Source: the human T2T-CHM13v2.0 reference genome, Homo sapiens
Length of the DNA: 64,000 nt
Direction: 5' to 3' (one strand)
Assembly: GCF_009914755.1 (NCBI RefSeq)
Contig: NC_060935.1
Each line of letters begins with the position of its first letter. The stretch's first letter is position 1. Below the pieces are notes generated by a model. It was not told where the DNA came from. It saw only the letters and a list, made by a program, of their open reading frames with translations, and searched no databases. The position numbers and the translations under genes were made by a program. Below are positions 25,919 through 40,520 of this stretch, piece after piece.

Positions 25919-27273
25919 AATTCATTTTTCTATATTGATCTTTTTTTTCATATACCTGCTGAAATGGGATCTATATTGACCTTGTATCCTGCAAACTTGC
26001 TGAAGTCATTTATTAGTTCTTACAGTTTTTTAGTGTATTTCTTAGGTTTTTCTGTAAACAAGATAATGTTATCTGCAAATAGAGATAATTTTACTTTTTT
26101 CATTTTGACCTGTATGCCTTTTATTTCCTTTCTTGCCTAATTGCTCTGGCTGGCGCCTCTAGGCAATGTTGAATAGGTGTAGCAGAAGTGAACATCTTGT
26201 CTTGTTCTTGATCTTTGGGAGAATAAGTCTTTGGTCATTAAATAGTTGTGAGGTTTCCATAGATCAGGTTGAGCAAGTTCCCTCCTGTTCCCAGTTAGTA
26301 AGAGTGTTTTGATCATGAAAAGGGGTATTGAATTTTATCAAATGCTCTTTCTGTGTCTGTTGAGATGATTATGTGTTTTTTGTCCTGTATTCTGTTAGGA
26401 CATTATTACATTAATGGATTTTCAGATGTTAATGGAAATTTGCATTCTTGGGATAAATCAGATTTGATCATGGTGAATGATCCTTTTTATATATTGCTGG
26501 ATTTTATTTGCTAGCGTTTTGTTGAAGATTTTTACATCTATATTCATAAGATATTAGTGTGTACTTTTTTTTTTTTTTCTTCTAATGTCGTCTTTGGTTT
26601 TGGTATCAGGCTAATCCCGGCCTTACAGAATGTGTGGGGAAGTGTTTCTTGCTCTTCTTTGATTTTTCTTTGAAAGAATTTGTGAGGAATTGATATTAAT
26701 TCTTCTTTAATATTTGGTAGAATACTGACGAAGCCATTTGGGTCTAAGCTTTTCTACATGGGTAGTTTTTAAATTACCAGTTCAATCTCTTTGTTAGTTA
26801 TAGGTCTATTCAGAGTTTTTGTTTCTCCTTGGTTCAGTTTTGGTAGCTTGTGTCTGTATGGTTGTTCATAGTATTCCCTATAATTCTTTTTACTTCTGTA
26901 AGGTAGATAGTAATGTCCCCTATTTCACTCCTAATTTTAGAAATTCTAGTCTTCTCTCCTCTTCTTGGTCAGTCTAACTAAACATTTATCATTGTGGTTG
27001 TCATTTGATTGATCTTTTCAAAGAACCAAATTTTGTTATTGTTGAGATGAATGAAAATGATGACATAACATACTGTAACTTATGGGATTATGCTAAAGCA
27101 GTGCTTAGCAGGAAACAGCTGTAAGAGTCCGCATTTAAAAAGATGAAAGAACCAATGTTTGGTTTCATTTCTTTCTTTCCACCTCAGGATATTTGTATAT
27201 TCTCTTTCTCTTCCTCCTTTTCTCACGATTATACAGTTTTACTCTTTGGTGAGAGAATTTAGAAACTACAGTT

Positions 27274-27592
<319 letters not shown>

Positions 27593-28419
27593 TAAGTATA
27601 ACTGGGGAAGATATATATCCATCGGTAGTTTTCTTGTATTATTTAATGTGTGAGTGGAGTTGAGGGGATAAGGAGAAATGGAATACAGAGAGGCAGATGA
27701 CTTACATAGGTCAAACAACTTGAAAACAACACAAAAATGTTTATGAGTTACTGCTTTTTACTTTTTTTTCTTACTGGCCCCAATTTTCAACCTTGTTTTT
27801 GTTTTTGTTTTTGTTGTTGTTGTTGATTTATTTTTTAAAGAGATAGGGTCTTGCTCTGTTGTCCAGGCTGGTCTTGAACTCTTGGGCTCAAGCAATTCTA
27901 CAGCCTCGGCCTCCCAAAGTTCTGGGATTTCAGGTGTGAGCCACAGTGTCCAGCCTGCGATATTGCTGGATTTAGCTAGTAAAGGCTATAGATTCTTTGT
28001 ATGAGTTCAGCAAAGGGAGATTAGTGAACAAATATGTGTAATTAAGTTGATAATGACTGTCACAAAGCAGGGTTAAACAGATGATTTTCATTCTCCTGAA
28101 CTTTACGGGCAAAATTAGAACAGTAATTGTTAATAATACAATGGTATAGAGTAGTATGGTACTCAGTGTGTCTCTTTTATCTCATTCAATTCTCATGACT
28201 ATCTTATGATTTAAGTGCTTTCACTTCCATTTCTAGATAAAGAAACAGACTCCGTGAGTTAAGTAACTTGCCCTGAGTTAATAAATTAGTGTTAGGACTG
28301 TGATTAGAACCAAGATTCTGACTCCTAAGCCTATTCGTTTCTTGCTGTGTAGATGCTTCTATGTTATTCTTATTCTGAAAGGAAAAAAACAAACTTTTTT
28401 CCTTTGTACTTTGCTGTCA

Positions 28420-29265
28420 CACAGTCACAGCACCGCTTCTGTGACCAGATGAGTAGAGGCAGGGGTGGGGAGGGTTTCCCCACACACCAACCAAACAATT
28501 AATTCTGCAGTGATTTCCTCTAATTCAATTCAATTCAATTCTGGTGCTGTCTACCTGTAGATAGTGTCAGATCCCAAAGATTGAGGGCTCAGTCCTACAA
28601 GACTGCCCTCACTTCAGATGCCAGTCAAAAGTGTAGGCCACTCATACTTGTAACTGACTGGCTACAAACTTGTTGCTGTGACCTCTTCCTTGGGTTTGAT
28701 TAACTTGCTAGGACAATTCACAGAACTTGGGGAAACACTTTATGTTTATTATAAAGGATATTACAAAGGATATGGATGAACACCAGATGAAGAGATGGCT
28801 AGGGCGAGGTTTGAGGTGGGGTGGTGCAGAGCTTCCATGTCCTTTCTGGGCATACCACCCTTCCAGCACTTCCACAGTTCAGCAACTGGAAGCTCATTAA
28901 ATCTTGTTGAAGGGTCTTAATAGAGGGGGCTGGGGAGAAAAAGGAAAGGAAGAAAAAAGTCTTTGTAGAGTTTGATCTCCAGGATCTCCAGCCTACATCT
29001 CCCTCCCCTTTCCCTTAGGTCAGTGGGTAGAGCTAAAAGTTCCAACTCTCTAATCCTCTAGTCATTTTGACCCTTCCAGTGACTGGCGCCATCCCGAGGT
29101 TACTTAGGGATCCCACCCTAAGTATCCGTCATGGAGCTTATTATATAAGGGCTCATTATAAATAACAAAACATACTCCTATCACTCAGGAAATTCCGGTT
29201 CTAGGGGCTCTATGACAGGAACTGGCAACATGGGGACAAAGACCAAGTATATATTATACCACACT
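28420..29265. mobile_element. LTR relic (MER21-like)
   Basis: agtgtcagatccca...gggctcagtcctacaagactgccctcacttcagatgcc resembles MER21; family call from memory. Confidence 0.6.
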
Positions 29266-29280
29266 TACTAATATTTATTA

Positions 29281-29578
<298 letters not shown>

Positions 29579-29739
29579 CTAATAAATATTAAATTTAGGT
29601 TAGAATACTGCTCCATGGCTTAGAGTGACTTGTTCTAACCCTTAATCTGAGGTCAGTTCCCAGGAGGCAAACACAACTGTTTGTTTTTTTTTGTTTTTTG
29701 TGTTTTGTTTTTGTGACAGAGTCTCTTTCTGTCGCCTAG

Positions 29740-29931
<192 letters not shown>

Positions 29932-30914
29932 TGAGCCGCCCACCTTGGCCTCCCAAAGTGCTGGGATCACAGGTGTGAGCTACCACGCCCAGCCCTTAAA
30001 CACAGCTTTTAAACTATTGTTTCTTCTGGTATTTATTTACCTGCAGATTTCCAAATAACATTTTTCTGTTGCCTTTTATGAGTTTTTCATTTATTTTACT
30101 TTATTGACTGACTCCCCGTTAAAGAACATTAATATTTAGCTTTAGCTCCAGTCTTGGGACTAGAGAGAAAAAAAAAGGTAGGTTTGTTATGCCCTTCCTA
30201 CATACACACACATAACACCATCTTCCCAAATTGATTGTAGCACAAATTTGGATTAAATCTATATTTGGGGCCAGGTATGGTGGCTCACACCTGTAATCCC
30301 AGCACTTTGGGAGGCCAAGGCAGGTGGATCGCCTGAGGTCAAGCGTTCGAGATCAGCCTGGCCAACATGGTGAAACCCTGTCTCTGCTAAAAATACAAAA
30401 AAAAAAAAATAGCTAGGTATGGTGGTGCGCGCCTGTAGTCCCAGCTAATCAGGAGGCTGAGGCAGGAGAATTGCTTGAACCTGGGAGGCGGAGGTTGCAG
30501 TGAGCTGGGATTGCACGCGCCACTGCACTCCAGCCTGAGCAACAGAGCAAGACTGCATTTCAAATAATAATAATAATAAATAAATATAAATCTATATTTG
30601 GTTAATTTTTTTAGAGTATGTGTGTGTGTCCAGTGTTAATATTTGAATGCCTGTGACAGTGATTGTGTATGACTAAGACATGTATGATACCATGAATGCT
30701 AACCTAATTGATTTTAATAATTGCTTTAGGGAAGGCTAGTTTTCTACGTATATGTGAATTCTTTCTGAAACTCCACAAGCGAGGAGAGGAGATTCAGAAA
30801 CCATTAAACCATTTCTCAATCTGATCAAACCTATTGGGTAAACTCTTTGTTCTAACTTTTCCTTGGTCATTCTTCATTTGGAGAACATCTGGACATCTAA
30901 TATTCTTTATAAAC

Positions 30915-31355
30915 TGTATAGTTTTCCAGGGCTGCCATTATTAATGACCACAAAGTTGATGGATTAAAACAAATTTATTCTCTCACAGTTCGGGAAACAA
31001 GTCTGAAATCAGGGTTTCAGCAGGGGCAATGCGTTCCCTCCAAAGACTATAGAGAAGAATCCTTCCTTGCCTTTTCCAGTTCTGGTGGCTTTAGGCATTT
31101 AGTGGTTTGTGATTGCATAACTCCAGTCTCTTCTTCCATCTTTACATGGCCTTCTCCTCTGTGTCTGTATTTTCTCTTCTCTTAAGAGGACAGTTGGTAT
31201 TGGATTTAGGGCCACTCAGATAATATAGGATGATCTTATCTCAGGATCCTAATTATACCTTCAGAGACCTTTTTCCAAATAAGGTCACATTGATAGGTTC
31301 CAGGGATTAGGACAAAGACTTATCTTTTGGAGGGCCACCATTCATCCCACTAAAC
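30915..31355. mobile_element. MLT1 (MaLR) LTR relic
   Basis: aaatttattctctcacagttc...ccaaataaggtcacatt...gggccaccattcatcccacta. Confidence 0.7.
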
Positions 31356-31397
31356 AGACTTTAGTCTTCCTGTTTTCAGCATTATTCATACTACTGA

Positions 31398-31723
<326 letters not shown>

Positions 31724-32087
31724 TGATCTGCCTGCCTTGGCCTCCCAAAGTGCTGGGATTACAGGCGTGAGCCACCGCGCCCGGCCAAGGCCTATATTCA
31801 ACTATTGCTCCTCTCTAAACCCCTCTTCTTGTGCCATTCTGAGTTAGCCACTGTTACTGAACATACCTTTCAGTTCTCTCCTTCTAGGATGCTGTTTGGG
31901 CTTTCCTGTTCCTTGCTTTTAGATGCATTCCTTTTCCGTGCTATGGCCACCGTGATGATCGTCACAGCAGCAAACATTCAAGGAATTTATATTCCTTAAA
32001 TATAAATACAGGATACTTAAAATCTAGATAAGAGGCAGGAATTTTTTTTTTAATATTCCTTTAATTCTCCTCTGTGCCAGCATATAG

Positions 32088-32345
<258 letters not shown>

Positions 32346-33114
32346 TGATCTGCCTGCCTCGGCCTCCCAAAGTGCTGGGATTACAGCATGAGCCACCGTG
32401 CCTGGCCGCATGTAGACACTTTTTAACATTTAATTTGCCATTTTACGTATCATAAAATGTACCTGCTCTAAGTGTACAATTTCTTGATTTTTGTTAAAGG
32501 TGCAGAATTACGCAGTCTTTACCACAATCTAATTTTAGAAATTTTCATCACCCCCAAAAGATCACTCATGCTCATTTATAGTAAATTCTTATTTTCACCT
32601 TCAGCCCCTGGGCAATTTGTTATAGTGCTTGAGTCTATAGATTTGTATTTTCTAGACCTTTTATAGAAATGGAGTCATAAAATATGTGGTCTTTTGCATC
32701 TACTTTCTTTCACTTAACGAAATGTTTTTGAGACTCATCCATGTTGTAGCATGTATCTGTAGTTTATTCTTTTTTATTGCTGTATAGTGTTTAATCGTAT
32801 CAATATACCTCTTTATCATTCACCAGTTAACATGTTTTCCAGTTTTTTGCTATTATGAATGATGCTACTATGAGTATTTACATACAGTTATTTGTGTGGA
32901 CATATATTTTTATTTCTCTTCAGTAGATTCCTAGGAGTGGAATACCTGAGTCATAGGGTAAAATTATGTTTAATTTTTAGAGAAACTTCTACATTATTTT
33001 TCAAAGTGGTTGCACCATTTTACCTTCCCACCAATAGTGGATAAGTGTTCCAGTTTCTCTATGTCCTCATCAATATTTGTTACCGTGTGGGTGTGAAGTG
33101 AGAACCATCTACTT

Positions 33115-34324
33115 GTGAGAGTATCTCGCTTTATTGCACTTTGATTTATTGTGCTTTTTTATAAATTGAAGGCTTGTGGCAACCCTCTGTCAAGCAAGTT
33201 GATGGCACCATTTTTCCAACAGCATGTGCTCACTTCCTGTCTCTGTGTCACATTTTGGCAATTCCTAGAGTATTTCAAACTTTATTATTGTATCTGTTAT
33301 GGTGACCTGTGATCAAGGATCTTTGATGTTACCATTGTAATTGTTTCAATGCCCCATGAACCATGCCCATATAAGATGGCAAACTTCATTGATAAATTTT
33401 GCATGTGTTCTGACTGGTTGATAGAATTGATAGAATTATCAACCAGCTGTTCCTCTGTCTCTCTCCCTCTCCTTGGGCCTCCCTATTCCATGAGACACAA
33501 TAAAACTGAAATCAGGCCAATTAGTAACTCTACAATGGCCTCTGAGTGTTTCAGTGAAAGGAAGACTTTCACGTCTCTTACTTTAAATCAAAAGCTAGAA
33601 ATGATTAAGCTCAATGAGTAAGGCATGTCAAAAGCCAAGATCGGTTGAAAGCTAGGCCTCTTGTGCCAAACAGCCAACTTGTGAATACAAAGAAAAAGCT
33701 CTTGAAAGAAATGAAAAGTACTATCCTGGTGAACACACGAATGATAAGAAAGTGAAACAGCCTTGTTGCTGATACGGAGAAAGTTTTGAGTGGTCTAGAT
33801 AAAAGATTAAACCAGGTACAGCATTCCCTTAAGCCAAAGCTTAATTCAGAGCAAGGCCCTAACTCTCTTCAATTCTTTGAAGGCTGATAGAGGTGAGGAA
33901 GCCGCGTAACAGAAGTTTGAGGCTAGCAGAGGTTGGCTCATGAGGTTGAAGGAAAGGAGGCCATAATAACATAAAAGTACAGGGTGAAGCAGCAAATTAT
34001 TCAGAAGATACAGCTAAGATAATTGATATCCCTCATCAGTCGGCAGCCATCAACATCAAGGCAAGATCTACCAGCAAAAAATTACAATTCACTAAAAGTT
34101 CAGGTGATTTTTAGCATATTTTAGCAATAAAGTATTTTTAAATTAAGGTGTATACATTGGTTTTTTGTTAGTCACGATGCTATTGCACTCTTAGTAGACA
34201 ACAGTGTAGTGTTAAGCATAACTTTTGTATGTACTAGGAGATCAGAAAATTCATGTGACTCGCTTTATTGCAATATTATTTTGGTGGTCTGGAACTGAAC
34301 CTGGAATATCAAGATATTTCTATA
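33115..34324 (+). mobile_element. Internally deleted Tigger1 DNA transposon
   Basis: Tigger1 5' text, decayed transposase start (KTFTSLTLNQKLEMIKL), and 3' end tgtgactcgctttattgcaata...ggtctggaactgaacc. Confidence 0.85.
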
Positions 34325-35582
34325 CTTAGATGAAGAAATTGAGGTTGTCTGTTAATTCTAACCAAACACCATTCATTTACTTGTTCATACACCCATTCAA
34401 CATTTATTTAACATGTACTGTTTACTGGATTCAGTGGTGAACAATATAGGGAATACTGTCCTTACTGTCTCAAAGGGAAGATGATTGAACAAGCAATATT
34501 GTAATAATTTATTCAAGAAAGCAGTATTTGCTGTGTGATACCTTGGCTACAGTTCTGTGGTAATTAATGAGTCATACACGGTATTTTTATTAGAGCAGGT
34601 TCCTGTGTTTGTTTGCAAGTGACAAAATCCTGCTCTAGCCAACTTAGGCAAATTGGGGGATTTGGTACCCACTGATCTTTTTGGAGCTTGTGCCTAGAAA
34701 GAGCTGGAGTTCTTTGGAGGCAGAGCTGTGCCTTTGTTTGAAGTCTTAACTTTTTCTCGATTGCAGAACACTAGCAGGGGCCCTTAGGCAGACCCCAAGG
34801 AGACCACGGATAAAATCCATGAATCCATGAGCTTGTGAACTTCAGTTGGGGTGGGGGAAGAGGGGGGTGGGGGGGGGGAATCACCTTTTTTTTTTTCTAC
34901 TAACATTTAGCATTTCTTCCTTTTATAAATGTAGAGAACAGATCAAATGTTAACAGTACTTGTGTCTGGTGACCAATAAAAATCAGTTATTTTCATATCA
35001 CATTGTAGTTGTATATATCTCAAAATGTTATTTTGTTCATCCCTGCTTCAAAATGATAGCCATTATTAGACCTGCAACAAGATCTTATTATTGAGTGAAT
35101 ACAGAAGCACATTTGTCATAATTTTGCTTTTGAACCGTTTGATAACTGAATTTCAGTATAGTTTCTCTCTTTTTTCTAGTAATTTGAGTATTTTCAGTGT
35201 TAAAAAGGTATTCTGAGATAAGATCCAGATGCATAGGGACACATTCTGTAGAAAAGATTGGGACTCCTTGATAACAGAAGATCTGATATTGTGTAAAAAA
35301 AAAAAAAAGATTGGGACCCCTTACTTTTACGTTCTTCTGAGGTACCACCACCCATGTATCCTGAGCACTCCTATTTCTTGCTACAATGCAGTTCTTTCCC
35401 TTCACTCTTCCTTTCATCTGCTCAAACTACTTGCAGAGACTCAACTGCAGCCAATGTACGTCCACTCAAAATCCAAGGAGTTCTGATTGGTGGGGTTTTC
35501 TTTCAGCTGCATTCACGTGTCGGTCAAGGCAGACGGCAGGGGATGTTAGACGATATGTGCGAAACCAACCTACTGCTGCTGA

Positions 35583-35759
<177 letters not shown>

Positions 35760-35762
35760 TGA

Positions 35763-35942
<180 letters not shown>

Positions 35943-36071
35943 TGATTTTTAATAACTACAAGTCAAGGAGAGGGCACAGCAAAATGTAAAAATTAGGATA
36001 GACATCTTAATTTTTGTCTTTGGCTGAACAATAACACACATTGGTTCAAAAAATTTTTGAAGTAAATATAA

Positions 36072-36317
<246 letters not shown>

Positions 36318-36705
36318 TAATTATTGCTTTCTAATTATGTTATTTTTAAGGTTTGCATAATGCATTTATTGCATTTTTCACCTTTTGATTCTGTCACGTA
36401 ATTTTTTTTTTTTTTTTTTTTTTTGAGACGGAGTCTCTCTGTCACCCAGGCTGGAGTGCAGTGGCATGATCTCGGCTCACTGCAAGCTCCGCCTCCTGGG
36501 TTACGCCATTCTCCTGCCTCAGCCTCCCAAGTAGCTGGGACTACAGGCACCTGCCACCACGCCCGGCTAGTTTTTTGTATTTTTAGTAGAGACTGGTTTT
36601 CACCATGTTGGCCAGGATGGTCTTGATCTCCTGACCTTGTGATCCGCCTGCCTCAGCCTCCCAAAGTGCTGGGATTACAGGCATGAGCCACCACGCCCAG
36701 CGTAA

Positions 36706-36825
<120 letters not shown>

Positions 36826-37280
36826 TAGCTGGTATTACAGGCATGCACCACTGCACCTGACTAATTTTGTGTGTGTGTGTATGTTTTTAGTAGTGTCGGG
36901 GTTTCACCATGTTGGCCAGGCTGGTTTCAAACTCCTGACCTCAAATGATCCACCCGCCTCACCCTCTCGAAGTGCTGGGATTACAGGTGTGAGCCACTGT
37001 GCCTGGCCTGCCACGTAACTCTTATTGACACACCGTTCTGAAAATAAAGTAAAATTCAATCATATATCCAAAAGAAGATATTGTTTGAAAATAAGACATT
37101 TTCCGGCTGACATTTTTGTTCATATTGTAATGGTTGTATATCTTCAGTAATGTGTATTCCATTCAGGCCTTTCTTAAGACCTTGCACCTTTTTAGCTTAA
37201 GGTCTTTTCACAGAACATTTGTCAAGTTTTCTGATTTATGTTGACAAACTATAATTTATTTTTAATTTTTTTTCCTCTAG

Positions 37281-37418
<138 letters not shown>

Positions 37419-37467
37419 TAAGTGCCAAAATGGAGGGGAAGTCGTAAGCTAATTTTTATTACACTGT

Positions 37468-37795
37468 ACACTTGTCCTGTGGTATCCTCAGGGGATTGGC
37501 TCCAGGAACCCCCTCAAATATCGTGATCCACAATGCTCAAGTCCCTGATATGATATGATGTAATATTTGCATATAACCTACACACATTATTCTGTATACT
37601 TTATTCTTGACTTATAATAATACAATACCTAAACAGCACTTCATTCACATGGATCCAGTGTAGTGCCCGGTGTGCAGCAAATTCAAGTTGTGCTTACTGG
37701 AAATTTGTGGAATTGTTTACTTTCTGGATATTTTGATCCATGGTTGGTTGAATCTATGGATTCGGAACCCATGGATATATGGAGGGTCAACCATA
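37468..37795. mobile_element. MER2-like DNA transposon relic
   Basis: ggggattggctccaggaaccccc ... ggttggttgaatctatggattcggaacccatggata. Confidence 0.7.
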
Positions 37796-37837
37796 CCTGT
37801 TTTTGAGTATCAGTGTTTTTTTTGTTTGTTTGTTTGA

Positions 37838-38062
<225 letters not shown>

Positions 38063-38598
38063 TGATCTGCTCACCTCAGCCTTCCAAAGTGCTGGGATTA
38101 CAGGAATGAGCCAGTGTGCCTGGCCAGAGTCTCAGTTTTATATATAGTTATTGGCATGCTATATTGTATCTTCAAATAAAATTATATATATATAAAAAAT
38201 ACGAAATTCTTCAAGGCAGCAACTTTACTAAATGCAGTTAGTCCTATTTGAGGTGGAAAGCCTTATTTATTCTAGGTGAGGAGTCAGCATGCTTTTTTTT
38301 AGTTGTATAGTAAGTATTTTAGGCTTTCTGGGACATATGGCTGCTGTTGCAAATAATCTGCCATTGTAGTATGAAGGGAGGCATAAACAAGACAAATGAA
38401 TTGCAGTAAATCTTTACCTAATAAAAACAGGCAGAGGACAGGATTTGGCCCATTGCCCACCCATACTCCAGGTATCTGGTCTGTTTCTTCAAGCTATAAA
38501 TTTGAGCTAAAGGTATAGGAGACTGGAAGAGTAGATAGGAAGTATTACCTGGTTGGGATTATAGGGTAGGAGTGAGCATTTGGGTGGTTACTGGCTGA

Positions 38599-38778
<180 letters not shown>

Positions 38779-40520
38779 CTAACTCAAGAATTTCTAAACT
38801 CTCCCAGGTCACACTGATTCATTCTTAACAAGATATTTATATGTTATTAAACAGGTGGTTCTTTTTATTTTAACCAGTTATTTTTATTATTGAGTCTGTC
38901 CAGATAAGTTATTTATAATGGGCATTACTGAATTTTTAAAATGCCGATTACACCCAAATATTGTGCACATTTAATAATCAGACACCAGATTTTTAGCTCT
39001 GTACTCCTAATTAAGGGACATGTATGTGGCCTTGCCTAGCCCTTTGGTGATAAGTACTTCCTCTAGGAAATGTACGATAGGTAGAATTGTGGTTCCCTAA
39101 AGACAAGTACATAAAGGTGACCCTGATGAAACCTTGAAGTTCTGAAATTTAACTGCCTAAAATGTTCTCCTTAGATGTGAGAGAAAGAGAAATCAGAAAA
39201 ATTAATTCTCTTGGGGGAAGGGCTTGAATTGAAGCTTTACTTTAGAATTTAGCCCTGGTTTGAAATTTTCCATTACATGATCTTGGTTTATCATCGATGG
39301 GAAGGGTAGAAAACTTCAAGGAAAATAAGTGAAATTTTAAAAGTCAGCATTTTCTTAGACCTCTTCAGCTGATTGTTTATTTTTCTATGAATTCCTACAC
39401 ATGGTTATTCCCCCCTACTTGAGATAATCTAAATATAAACCAGCTACTTGATGTAACTGAGAATTTGTGTGGATATTTATTTAAACAAATGTGTAATTTT
39501 GAGTACAGAATTCAACAGTTACCTCCAAAAAAGAAACATTGTTAATATAATTTAACAGAAGTTGTGAAACTAAAATTTTCTAAGATTAACTGGTAGTTCA
39601 TTGTAAATGAACATAATGAACAGAATTTATGACTCCACTGTGGAAAATGCTATCAAATAACTAAGGAATATATATGGAATAAGTGTACATATGTAAAATA
39701 TTGTTACTAGAGTTAGATATGTGCCAAAGTCCATTTATCCCAAATCCTGTCTGAAAAGGAGGGGTACATTGGTAAACATTTTGGAGTGCTTAAAAATGCC
39801 AAAAACAAAATGGTAATTTCTACTTTGATAAAGTAAAAAAGTTAAATGTGTGTAAAAAAGTGTTCTGTGTCCTTCTACTCCAGCATCGTCTCATGTAAAA
39901 TAAGAAAGCCCTAAAATACTATTGGAGAGAAAAAATTAACTAGGTTGCTACTTTATTTGCCTAAATACTTTTTTCTATTTTGTTAGATTTTGCCTTTCTT
40001 TTGGAAGGAAGGAGGCGATATTCTGGATTATAAAAATGAATTGGGAACATTATCACAATTCCAGACTTTCTATTAATATTTATGTGTTTTAATAAACGTT
40101 TGAAATTATTTATGACTACTTAAAATGAATCTGACCAGTGCTTCCTGGTATATGTAATATGTGGAGTTAGCCCCTGAAATTTGCTTTAAGTGTTTCAGTG
40201 TTGAATCTGTTTCTAAATATTCATTATTACATGGTACACAAGTGACACTCCATATATTCCACACAGACTTTTACCTTGCTGTATTATTATGAAAACAATA
40301 CATTAATTTGATTTTTCAGTAATTAGTAATTTTAGGTTGAAGATTATCCAAAAGAAACAAGCTTATCACAAGGGACCATCATCAATATGATCCAAATCTG
40401 GTTCAAACATTCAAAACTTCAAAGATAATTCATCTTTCGCTAATGCTTGTGGTTCTGTTGTTCCCTTGAAAAAAAATAAAAACAGTTGCCTTCTAATAAA
40501 CATTGTTGAGTTAAAAATTA
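38779..40520 (+). other. DLAT: DLAT 3'UTR with candidate poly(A) signals
   Basis: Repeat-free AT-rich sequence after the stop; AATAAA at 40091, ~40475 and 40495; true end not determinable from sequence. Confidence 0.65.
40411..40464 (-). CDS. PIH1D2: PIH1D2 alternative last coding exon (288-aa isoform)
   Basis: Minus strand tttttatttttttttcaag|GGA ACA ACA...: GTTEPQALAKDELSLKF*, in phase with the 46688 donor; 288 aa agrees with my recollection of a shorter isoform. Confidence 0.72.
   Translation of the reverse strand, partial: GTTEPQALAKDELSLKF

Noticed and set aside
33349-33621. ORF with a transposase-like N-terminus
   Set aside because: Decayed Tigger1 with stops and an internal deletion; not a domesticated gene
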